Below are positions 1-10,527 of a stretch of 64,000 nt of DNA, piece after piece. This DNA comes from Macrostomum lignano. Its lineage: Eukaryota. Where the stretch lies: positions 1 through 64,000 of the forward strand of contig NIVC01002249.1 of the NCBI GenBank assembly GCA_002269645.1, read 5' to 3'. Made by a program: the position numbers and the translations under genes. A model generated the notes under the pieces. The model saw only the letters and a program-made list of their open reading frames with translations. It was not told where the DNA came from and ran no database searches. Each line of letters opens with the position of its first letter. Position 1 is the stretch's first letter.

Positions 1-190
1 CAGCGATTTAATGAAATTAAACTGCATAGAAATAGATATGCGTACAAACTACTAATCCGGTGAAGAAACATAAGTAGCCATAGACTATTACTCAAGTGTG
101 TAGCACAGATATATTCATTTAATAGAATTACTTGCAGCAGCATTGTCTTTTCACTAAGAATTTGGATGTTTGGTTTTGCTGCAGTGAAGT

Positions 191-600
191 ATGCCTTCTG
201 CAAAATCGCGAAAACAGTGTGCTGCCTATGGCTGTCCAAATTATTCCTATCGTTGTCTACCAGAAACCAGGTTTCACAGCTTTCCTTCAAACCGTGCCGG
301 TAAGCTTAGTCGAATCGTGACTAATATTATTTGCATGAAAACTTGTGTACGATTTATGTTGAATTTTACGCTGTAGGTGTGAAGACTGGGCTCGTCGCAT
401 CTTTCCGTGCTGACCTTCTGGGGAAGAAGTATGAGCACAAATGGGCGACTGCAGTGGTGTGGCAGTCAGCACTTCGCTGATCACATGTATATGTGCCCGA
501 AAACCGTCATGAGCCGCACAGTCGACTTGTCTGGAATGCGCATCCAACACTGAAGCTGTATAAAACACGGCTCAGGACAGAAGACCCGCTCGCCTACAAA
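191..600 (+). pseudogene. Degenerate THAP zinc-finger coding relic (probably transposon-derived), inside GDH intron 3
   Basis: ORF 191 reads CAAYGCPN...FHSFP (THAP N-terminus). After a GTAAGC..TAG intron-like gap, shifted frames give CEDWARRI, CGSQHF and SRLVWNAHPTL, which resemble the THAP W, C/H and AVPT-box elements. The frames do not join cleanly. Confidence 0.5.
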
Positions 601-1039
601 GCCAAGAGCCTGTGTCTCAGAAGAGTTACATTTATACAGACTCAAAATCAAAAGAAAGCACAAATTTGCGGAACGACTTTGCGGAGCATCGCAGAGTCCA
701 GTCTGACTGTAGTCAGACAGTATTTGTACGCATATCTATTTCTACGCAGTTTAATTTCATTAAATCGCTGATTGAGCATTCTGTGTAAGTTTCTGTGTCT
801 TGCCCGCAAAATCAAGCAGGAATACATATGCAGCACCCGTTGCAATTATAGAAATCTATGCTATAAATATCGCGCCAACTCTTTCCAGAATATTTTGGGT
901 TTAGGAAAGTTCCTTGTCAAAAACTATTATACGAGTGTAAATATAAACGCGGTTCACTCTTAAATTAATTTTCTGCTTAAGTACTCAAAACAGAACTGAC
1001 TGCGAAAGGAAAATTCTGTTTGGGGACCAGCTCTGCTCA

Positions 1040-1415
1040 TGGCTCACATCCCAGGGCTCATGGGATTAGTTCAGATCCCAAGGCTCATGGGGATTAGTTC
1101 AGATCCCAAGGCTCATGGGATTATAGCTCACATCCCAAGGCTCATGGGGATTATAGCTCACATCCCAAGGCTCATGGGATTATATCTCACATCCCAAGGC
1201 TCATGGGGATTATAGCTCACATCCCAAGGCTCATGGGGATTATAGCTTACATCAAGGCTCATGGAAATTAGCTCACATCATAAGGCTCATGGGGATTAGC
1301 TCACATCCCAAGGCTCATGGGATTATAGCTCACATCCCAAGGCTCATGGGATTATAGCTCACATCAAGGCTCATGGAAATTAGCTCACATCTCAAGGCTC
1401 ATGGGGATTAGCTCA
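1040..1415. repeat. Intronic minisatellite, ~27-29 bp unit (AAGGCTCATGGGGATTATAGCTCACATCCC)
   Basis: About 13 visible tandem copies in GDH intron 3. Confidence 0.95.
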
Positions 1416-1517
1416 TTTACGACAATTAAATTTTGAGAATGTAAGCGTTGAGCCTCACTTCAACAGAACTACATGTACGTAGCCAGCACATGTCTATAGA
1501 GAATACCGCGCACTCAC

Positions 1518-3462
1518 CGTTTTGTACTTGAGCAGATCTTCCGGATCAATGCCATTGGATTGTAGATCGAGCCGTCAATCTCCAGCACGCCAATTAACCT
1601 GGCCTGCGCCTTGCGCAGGTAGTGGCTGCTGTGGTAGCCCACATTGCCGAAGCCCTGCACTACGAAAGTTTTGCCCTTCAGTCCCGTGCTCAGACCCAGC
1701 CGGCCAGCATATGACACATCGTCTAGGAAATTTTTCACGGCAAAGTAGATCCCCTGTCACAGGGGGTGGAGGGAGGAACAAAAGCGCGGTCTTTGAGCTG
1801 AACTTTGGCTGAAATCGCACTGGCTGATTCCTATTCAACTTGCACAGTTATGAATGTGTTTTGATCAGAAAGTCAAGTAGTGGCTGTTTTAACTCATGGA
1901 ATAGAGACCTCTTTCCCCTCTCCGTTCTCTTCCGCTTGCCTCCCTTCCTCCCTTCATCTCACCTCCCTTCATATCACCTCCCTTCATATCACCTCCCTTC
2001 ATCTCACCTCCCTTCATATCACCTCCCTTCATATCACCTCCCTTCATCTCACCTCTCTTCATCTCACCTCCCTTCATCTCACCTCCCTTCATCTCACCTC
2101 CCTTCATCTCACCTCCCTTCATCTCACTCCCTTCATCTCACCTCCCTTCATCTCACCTCCCTTCATCTCACCTCCCTTCATCTCACCTCCCTTCATCTCA
2201 CCTCTTTCATCTCACCTCCCTTCATCTCACCTCCACTATTTGTCTTTTCCTCTTATCTCCTTTCATCTCCCCATTCATCTCCCTCCCCTTCCCTTCTCCC
2301 CTCTCTTCTCCCTCCATTCTCCCTTCCTTCATCCCAATTCTACCCACTATTGAAGTAGTGACTTACCCGTCCCGTAGCGGAGGTCCGGCCATGAATGCCA
2401 AACAGTGTGATCGGCTTGCCAGTGACGCAAGCGTGCGCGTTTAAATCGCTGGAGCCTGACAAATCAAAGTAGTTGAGATTGCATTTATAGAAGATTCAAA
2501 ATACAAATTTTCCAAGCGCAGAGAATGTCGTACTTCGGGGACTCTGGATTGAGGCACGCTGTGCATAAAGGAAAGGAGCATTATGTGAATGGAGGGGGTC
2601 AGGACTATGTGAATGGGGGCGCTGTGTCAATGAAGGGGCGCTGTGTGAACGGGGGGCTCTGTGTGAATGCAGAGGTGCTGTGTGAATGGGGGGGCTCTGT
2701 GTGAATGAAGGGGTGCTGTGTGAATAGGGAGCTCTGTGTAAATGCTTTTTGCGCAAATAGAGGAAGGGCTGCGTGAATAGAAGAACAGGCTGTGTGAGTA
2801 GAGGGTGCTGTATGAGCGGGAGATCGCTCACCGTGCGTGTTCAAATACGTGTCGACAATCCAGCCCATCTCCCTCTCCGAGGTGCCCATGTCCGGCGCGG
2901 GCACGTCAACGCCCGGTCCGATGAAGTTCTTCTTGGCCAATTCAACCGCGAATCGTCTGGTGATTTTCTCCAGCTCAACTGCCGAGTAGGCCGTGGGATC
3001 GATCGCTATGCCGGCCTTGGCGCCGCCGAACGGCACGTCGACCAGAGCGCATTTGTAGGTCATGAGGGAGGCCAGCGCCTTCACATCGTTCTTGGTGACA
3101 CTGGGCGCGAACCGGATGCCGCCTTTACACGGCGTCCTATGGAGTGAGTGCTGCGCCCGCCAGGCCGAGATGATCTCGAAGTCGCCGTTGTCTCTCCGGA
3201 TCGGGAAGTTCACCTCCAGGACGAAGTTGCACTCGCGGATGGAGTTGAGAATGCCCCGGACTCGGTGCTGGCGCTCCTCAATGCCGACTCGGCGAGGATA
3301 GCCGGCCACCAGCTCGTCCACTAGAAGCACCGATGCCTTGTTGTAGAAGCCCTCAGTGGTCTCATGGAAGCGCTGGTCGCTGCCGCCGTCGCTTTTGAGA
3401 CTGAGACAGCGGCGGGCACTGCAGACTCCGACGGCAGCTCTGGGAGCCAATATTCTGAGCAT
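1518..3462 (-). CDS. GLUD1: Glutamate dehydrogenase, mitochondrial (5' part). Exons 3462-2832, 2455-2367, 1753-1518; the rest lies left of the window
   Basis: Motifs seen: [61 protein letters not shown] (exon 2, too short for the ORF track) and [12 protein letters not shown]. Introns are GT-AG with matching phases. Exon 3 is 236 nt with an apparent 1-nt deletion near 1556. Confidence 0.95.
1955..2235. repeat. 15-bp minisatellite (CACCTCCCTTCATCT)n in GDH intron 2
   Basis: About 18 tandem copies. Confidence 0.95.
2575..2815. repeat. Degenerate ~20-bp repeat (GGGGGCTCTGTGTGAATG-like) in GDH intron 1
   Basis: Recurrent CTGTGTGAAT core. Confidence 0.8.
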
Positions 3463-4569
3463 GCTGCTGCTCCTGCTGTATTTCACAACAAATATCTAAG
3501 CTCATAAGTGGCTCTGGCTGCCGCTTAGAATAAAATTTCTGCTTTTATTTGCATCTTTCTCAAGCTTTCTCTATTGCTACCCTTGGGTTGTACGTCTGTC
3601 TTCTGTCTTTCCGTCTGTCTCCGGAAAAAGCATTGGGCCATGCAGCCACCTTCGAAATTCTCTCCTTTGGACAGTGCAAGAGCAGGACAATGTACGTTCA
3701 TACCTGTTCTAAGCAGCTTCTGTGCAGGCATGCGGTTAGGGGCAGTGTCAGTCGTCATTCACTGACTGACAGCTATAGGCTCAGCACCCGAAATACGTGC
3801 ATTTGAATTTTTCTGCAAGCTAAAGGCTGTTCATTCTATTGTTATTGTTTTCTCCATAGGTATTGCATTTATTCATCTATTGTGGTTTCTGACAACAAAA
3901 TAACTACTACGCACGACGCACGATGCAATACTGAAGAACACTACTCATAGTAAAGCGTAAAGAAACTCTTGATTAATTTTTAACCTCATTGAACGGTAAT
4001 CGAACATTTCTTATTTTCTGAATAGTTTTATTCTACTAAAATTCTTTATTCTTTATTCTTGCTCGTAGATTTAAAAAAATTAACCAATTTTCTGATTCAC
4101 AGCTCTTTAGATCCACTAAAAAAGCTCCAAAAGTTCCACTCGAAAATCTTTCCCTAATCTCTAGCCCAAAAGCCCCTAAGGCTACTATAATATATACATT
4201 AACATGTGTTGCTTCAGTTTACATTAAAAAGTGCACACGGCTTGTTATAAGAGTTCCTTTATATTTTATAATAACGTCTAGTCAGTGTACGCATTGGTCC
4301 TTCGCCCCGTTCCGTACATTCCCGAGAGAGAGGGGTGGAGGGGTTGTTGTCTTACAATGTACATTGCCGCCGTTCAAACCCAGCGGGAGGCAGTGGCGTT
4401 CCCGCGTACACGGGGGGCGGGCGGCATTTCCAAGAAATATACTCGGTCAACGCTTTATAAATTCAACTGATTTTTCGTTTCACAAAATTTGACCATATTA
4501 CTAGTAAAGTCAGAAAATGACAAAATAAATTTATATAGTAGTAATCTAAATCATTAGAGATCAAACTAA

Positions 4570-7181
4570 ATGTCAGCTGATAAGCAGCACCGGTTAGCCA
4601 GCGCTAGCTTGAACAAGCTGGTTAAACGACTGAAGAAGTACGCGGATTCCGAGTCAACTTCCGGTCTAGTGAGAGCTGTTTGAAATAATTTTATATAAGT
4701 AGCTTGACAATAATTAAGACGATATTTTTGTATTAAAACCGGTAATCATAGGCTACCATTGCTTTCTAGACATTACCTAAAAGCCGCCGTGATCTCCAAT
4801 TTGGCGTCATGATATCCAATTTGGCGCCATGATCTCCAATTTGGCGTCATGATATCCAATTTGGCGCCATGATCTCTAATTTGGCGCCTTGATATCCAAT
4901 TTGGCGCCATGATCTCCAATTTGGCGTCTTGATCTCTAATTTTGCGCAATGATCTCTAATTTGGCGCCATGATCTCCAATTTGGCGTCATGATATCCAAT
5001 TTGGCGTCTTGGTCTCTAATTTGGCGCCATGATCTCCAATTTGGCGTCATGATATCCAATTTGGCGCCATGATCTCCAATTTGGCGCCATGATCTCTAAT
5101 TTGGCGCCATGATCCCTAATTTGGCGCCATTATATCCAATTTTGCGCAATGATTTCCCATAAGAAAAAGCAATAATGAAATGTCTAACACTGAATTCTCT
5201 ATTTGACATGTCAGATTTCCAAGAAAGCAGAGCGCGGCCTCGCCCAGCTGCAGTCGCTGCCGCCCCTGTCGGCAAAGCAGCTGAGCGACTCTGGCCTGCC
5301 GGGCATTGTCAACCGCCTGCGGAAGCGGCTCCGACCGGAGGAACCTGCGGCTCGAACTGCTAGACGCCTCATCAAATCCTGGCGACTCGTCGTGGAGTTT
5401 GAGCAGAAGCAACAGCAGGAGCAGCAAGATCAAGTAAATGATTCCTCAGAACATCGAAGGCCGGCAGAAAAGCTATCAAAGAAAGATTCTGCAACAACAA
5501 CAGATCGAGGGCCGGCTGAAAAGCTATCAAAGAAAGATTCTGCAACAACAGATCGAGGGCCGGCAGAAAAGCTAGCAAAGAAAGATTCTGCAACAACAAC
5601 AGATCGAGGGCCGGCAGAAAAGCTAGCAAAGAAAGATTCTGCAACAACAGATCGAGGGCCGGCAGAAAAGCTAGCAAAGAAAGATTCTGCAACAACAGAT
5701 CGAGGGCCGGCAGAAAAGCTAGCAAAGAAAGATTCTGCAACAACAGATCGAGGGCCGGCAGAAAAGCTAGCAAAGAAAGATTCTGCAACAACAGATCGAG
5801 GGCCGGCAGAAAAGCTAGCAAAGAAAGATTCTGCAACAACAGATCGAGGGCCGGCAGAAAAGCTAGCAAAGAAAGATTCTGCAACAACAGATCGAGGGCC
5901 GGCAGAAAAGCTAGCAAAGAAAGATTCTGCAACAACAGATCGAGGGCCGGCAGAAAAGCTAGCAAAGAAAGATTCTGCAACAACAGATCGAGGGCCGGCA
6001 GAAAAGCTAGCAAAGAAAGATTCTGCAACAACAGATCGAGGGCCGCAGAAAAGCTAGCAAAGAAAGATTCTGCAACAACAGATCGAGACCGGACAAATGT
6101 GTCCGACACTAATGGCGGTGGTGCCGACGATGTCTCGTGGACACCGAGCACCACCGATCCCGCCCGGTTGAAGGCCATCGAAATGTTTGAGCAGGCGCTA
6201 CAGATGGTGAGCATGAGTGTTTTGGAGTCTCATGTTTGGAGATTCATGATGATCCCGGTTTCCGATTGTTTGAAGAAGCTTGCTTGCATTGAGAAATGGA
6301 CCTTGTATAAGACCAATCGTAGTCGCGAGTTCGAATCTCAACATCAGTTAATATTATTGCAATATAGTCTATATTTTAGTACAGATTTAGTATAGTGGGG
6401 TTGTAGCCTAGTGGTTAGAGCGTCGGACTCACGACTTGAAGGTCGGGGTTCGATTCCCGATCCCACTGGAACAATTTGTGTCCTTGAGCAAGACACTTAA
6501 CTCTGCATTGCTTCAGTTCACCCAGCTGTAAAATGGATGCCAGCATTAGCTGGGGTAATTGAGGGTGTGTGTGTGGCGACCCCCAGTCCTTGGACTGAAC
6601 AGCCGTACGCAGCCTTCAGATGCGCCGCGCAATAGCTGCGGCTGAGCTGTCGGTTGCACATCTGGCCCAATTGGGGCAGGTGTAATCAATTATTATTATT
6701 ATTTAGTACAGAACAATGCCTTGCCTTATAGACGTCATCCAGCGCTGCCGCCGCCCGGCCGCCCCGACGTCTGTCCGCGGAAATCGAGGCCGCGGTCTTC
6801 GCCGACGCCGGCTCGGACACCGGCCGCTACCGGGCCCGCCTGCGCTGCCTGATACAGAATCTGCGCGACCCCAAGAATCCCGGCTTGCGCGCCAGCCTGC
6901 TTGACGGCGCCCTGGCAGCGCCCGACTTCGCCGTGATGACCTCCGAGCAGCTGGCGTCGGCCGAGATGCGGCAGCTTCGACAGCGGCTGGCAGACGAAGC
7001 GGCCGCCAGGCTGAAGTCGGTGGCGTCGGCCAGCTCGGAGCCGGGCAGCAGCCTCTTCACCTGCAAGCGCTGCCGGAAGAAGAACTGCACTTATAACCAG
7101 CTGCAGACTCTGCCGGGGGACGAGCCCATGACCACTTATGTGCTGTGCAACGAGTGCGGCTTCCGGTGGAAGTTTAACTAA
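4570..7181 (+). CDS. Divergent TFIIS/TCEA-family elongation factor. Exons 4570-4668, 5215-6206, 6732-7181
   Basis: N-terminal TFIIS-N-like helices, a central domain (RYRARLRCLIQNLRDPKNPGLR...MTSEQLASAEM) and a C-terminal Zn ribbon (FTCKRCRKKNCTYNQLQTLPGDEPMTTYVLCNECGFRWKF). Phase-0 GT-AG junctions. Exon 2 has a 1-nt frameshift near 6046. Confidence 0.85.
4790..5155. repeat. 20-bp minisatellite (GATCTCCAATTTGGCGCCAT)n in TFIIS intron 1
   Basis: About 18 copies with a strict 20-bp period. Confidence 0.95.
5455..6085 (+). repeat. Coding tandem repeat, 48/51-nt unit = DRGPAEKLAKKDSATT(T), about 12-13 copies
   Basis: Unit lengths are multiples of 3 and the repeat is open in the TFIIS frame. Confidence 0.85.
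6386..6701 (+). mobile_element. tRNA-derived SINE with CORE/MIR-like central domain and (TTA)n tail, in TFIIS intron 2
   Basis: A box TAGCCTAGTGG and B box GGTTCGATTCC. Core GTGTCCTTGAGCAAGACACTTAAC...CAGCTGTAAAATGG. TATTATTATTAT tail. Flanking direct repeat TTTAGTACAGA at 6375-6385 and 6702-6712. Confidence 0.85.
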
Positions 7182-7184
7182 AGC

Positions 7185-7366
7185 TGGGCTGTCTGTCTAC
7201 CTGCCTGTCCGTTTGTCTTCTGTCTGTCTACCTGCCTGTCCGTTTGTCTTCTGTCTGTACACCTGCCTGTCCGTTTGTCTTCTGTCTGTCTACCTGCCTG
7301 TCCGTTTGTCTTCTGTCTGTACACCTGCCTGTCCGTCTGTCTGTCTGTCTGTACACCTGCCTGTCC

Positions 7367-7417
<51 letters not shown>

Positions 7418-7440
7418 TGTATCTGTCTGTGTCGGTCTGT
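7185..7440. repeat. (TGTC)n microsatellite plus 36-bp higher-order copies, 3' of TFIIS
   Basis: Direct inspection. Confidence 0.9.
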
Positions 7441-7880
7441 ATAGTTAATTGATTTTTAATATGACAAATCTATATTGCACTATCTTGTAATCTAACATAT
7501 TTTGCCTGTTTTAGAAAACTGCTTTCTCATTCAGATGTCTGCTGTTCCAGCCCTACTCATACTATTAGCCGCTACTGATTCAAACTCCGCAGTAAAGTAC
7601 ACACCGAGTCCCATGACTGCAGCCACTGTCAGTTTAAAATTCATTACAGAATATGCGGGGCCAGCATGTTTTTCTGTTAATCTATTGGCCTCCGATAGCC
7701 GTCTCTATTCAAAAGACAACATTGGAAGTATATAAAATGACACTATATAAAAATATATGGAGTACATGCCAGCAGCCGCTTTTAGCTGCCGCCCCATGAT
7801 CCGTATTTATTCACAAAAATATTGCACAGAAAAATTGGAGTTTGGGCGAAACAAATTATGACAAAATTATGCAAATTTGC

Positions 7881-9455
7881 TCATCGGCCGGCCTTCCTGC
7901 GCTGCAGAGCGCGACTGAACAACCGCTGCTGAGCCTCTGAGATCGACTGCGACGCCAGCGTTGTCGACTCCGTGTTCGTTGGCTCGGTTGCGAACTGTCC
8001 GGAGTCGTCCAGATCGCTCGATGCAATGTCGCTCAGCATCTCGTCTTCATCGTCGTGCTCGTCGTCCAGCATCTCAGAGTTCGTCATGCTAGTCGACGTT
8101 GTCAGCCTCCCGCTGCCACCGCGGCGTCTGCTAGCGGCTCCGGCTCCTTGATCCAGCCAGCTCTGGCGCCGATACCGCCGCCGCCGCCGCCGCCTTCTCG
8201 AGTCCCCGTCGGCCGAGGCGTCGACGCTCTGCCGGAGCAGGGCGGCCAGCCGGTCGATGGCGCTGCTGGCGGCCGCGAGGGCCTCGGCGGGTGTCAAAAA
8301 GTTTTTGCCAGCGTGCCGGCGTGCCAGACGGCCTCGCAAGCCTTCGCGAACGCTGAGACTGCTGGCGCTGCTGCAGCTGTGGCTGCGTCTACGACTGCTG
8401 CTGCTGCTGAAGCTGCCGTTGCTTTCGCTGGCAATGCTGCTGTTGCTGTTGCTTCGGCTGCAGCTGCTGGCGCTGCTGCCAGACCAGCAGCAGCCGGGCT
8501 CCCGCCTCTGCCGCCGCCGCTGCTGGCCCATCCGCTCCAGGTTGTTCTGCTGCCGTTGCTGCACCGGCGGTAAGAAGCTGACGCGAACGCCGCTGCTGAG
8601 CGCCTTCCGCCTGGCCGCCGCGGCAGCCAGCCGGTTGCTGGCGTTCTTGGCGTCCTTGGCGTCGGCGCTGAGCGCACTGTCGGCTTTCTTGTCAGTGCTA
8701 CTTTGGTCCTTGAGCTTATCCAGCGCCGCCTCATTGTCCTCGTCATAGTCCTCATCTTCCTCCTCATCCTCCTTGTCGTCTTCTTCTTCTTCGTCGTCGT
8801 CGTCGTCATCGTCGTCGTCGTCGTCATCGCCTTTCTTTTTATTCGCCTTCTTGGACTGGTCGTTGCCTGCGATGACGGACTTCTTGCCCTTGCTGCTCTT
8901 TCTGCCGTCCGCAAGCGTGCTCACCCGAGTTGTCTTGCGCTTGGGTGTCTCAGCCTCCTCCCTGATGGAGCTCTTTCTTATGGTCTTCCTCTTCGGCTTT
9001 TCCGTTTCCGAATACACTGAGGTTTTCCGCTTGGACTTTTTTTTCTCCATGCCATCAGTCAGCGAGCTTCTTCTTGTGGTTCTCGCGGTCTCATCCGTCA
9101 CTGCGGTGTTCGTAGTGGTTCTGCGAGTCGGCCTGGGCTCGGGCTCGGGCTCGATCACTAGGGGCTGGTAGTAAGAGTCCTGCTGCCCCTGGGTCTCCGG
9201 CTCAGACTCCGCGTCAGTCGGCGGCTCGTACCTGGACGGCGGCCTGGGCTGGATCGACGATTCGCGACGCTGGAACGAGTCAGGGTCCGACTGGATGGAC
9301 GTCTTTCTGTGCCAGCCGTCGCCGCTGCTCGTGCCGCCGGCGCCAAGCGCTTTATTGAATATGATGCGCCAGATCTCGCGATTGCAGCGCTTCCTGCAGT
9401 CTCGGATCTCCTCCTTCACCGAGCCGAGATTGATGGTGAAGTCAACAGGAAGCAT
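7881..9455 (-). CDS. Uncharacterised 524-aa low-complexity protein (acidic D/E tract, Ser-rich and Arg-rich blocks); possibly the last exon of a longer gene
   Basis: 1.57-kb uninterrupted ORF with the same GC-rich codon style as neighbouring exons. No recognisable domain. Confidence 0.7.
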   Translation of the reverse strand: MLPVDFTINLGSVKEEIRDCRKRCNREIWRIIFNKALGAGGTSSGDGWHRKTSIQSDPDSFQRRESSIQPRPPSRYEPPTDAESEPETQGQQDSYYQPLVIEPEPEPRPTRRTTTNTAVTDETARTTRRSSLTDGMEKKKSKRKTSVYSETEKPKRKTIRKSSIREEAETPKRKTTRVSTLADGRKSSKGKKSVIAGNDQSKKANKKKGDDDDDDDDDDDDEEEEDDKEDEEEDEDYDEDNEAALDKLKDQSSTDKKADSALSADAKDAKNASNRLAAAAARRKALSSGVRVSFLPPVQQRQQNNLERMGQQRRRQRREPGCCWSGSSASSCSRSNSNSSIASESNGSFSSSSSRRRSHSCSSASSLSVREGLRGRLARRHAGKNFLTPAEALAAASSAIDRLAALLRQSVDASADGDSRRRRRRRRYRRQSWLDQGAGAASRRRGGSGRLTTSTSMTNSEMLDDEHDDEDEMLSDIASSDLDDSGQFATEPTNTESTTLASQSISEAQQRLFSRALQRRKAGR

Positions 9456-9671
9456 TTTCCTGCTTATATAGCCTTAGTGCTATACACACTGCGGCATACT
9501 GACAGACCGCAGCCTCAGCTGCTCAGATAACACGAACCTCAGCACGAAGCTTCAAATATTAACCGTAGACAAAAGTATGCAGTCCACAGTTAAACAAATC
9601 TCATTGACGCAAAAGTACATGTAGAATTTCTTTAATTTGTGGTGAAACATTGAGGCGCGTTGTGTGAGAAC

Positions 9672-10222
<551 letters not shown>

Positions 10223-10527
10223 GAAAATATCTAACTAGCTAACTACAAAATAACTACGTTACACTAAAGTAGCTAACTAACATTTCTGACTCTCCAACCC
10301 AGGAATACTGAGATCACCTAGCATAAATTACCAATCAAGAACGTCAAATAAGGCACCTAAGACTCCTGTCTATGGCTGTAACTTCAGGCTGAATTATTAA
10401 TGTAAAAAGGTGATGTCAATGCTGCTCGGTAAAGCCTGACAGTGAGCAATAATTACACTTAAGCAACTGCTCAGCTGCTCTAACTAGTCATCTTGACAGC
10501 ACGCAAGACACCCGCACCAACGCAGAC

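Noticed and set aside
6395-6467. tRNA gene (Val-CAC-like)
   Set aside because: The anticodon stem pairs poorly, and the sequence continues into a SINE core and tail with a TSD, so it is a SINE head.
8055-9530. Overlapping antisense or alternate-frame ORFs over GC-rich exons (also 13530-14312, 27224-27979, 49134-49656, 54050-54532, 56640-57604)
   Set aside because: These are shadow ORFs expected from high-GC codon usage, with no independent motifs.
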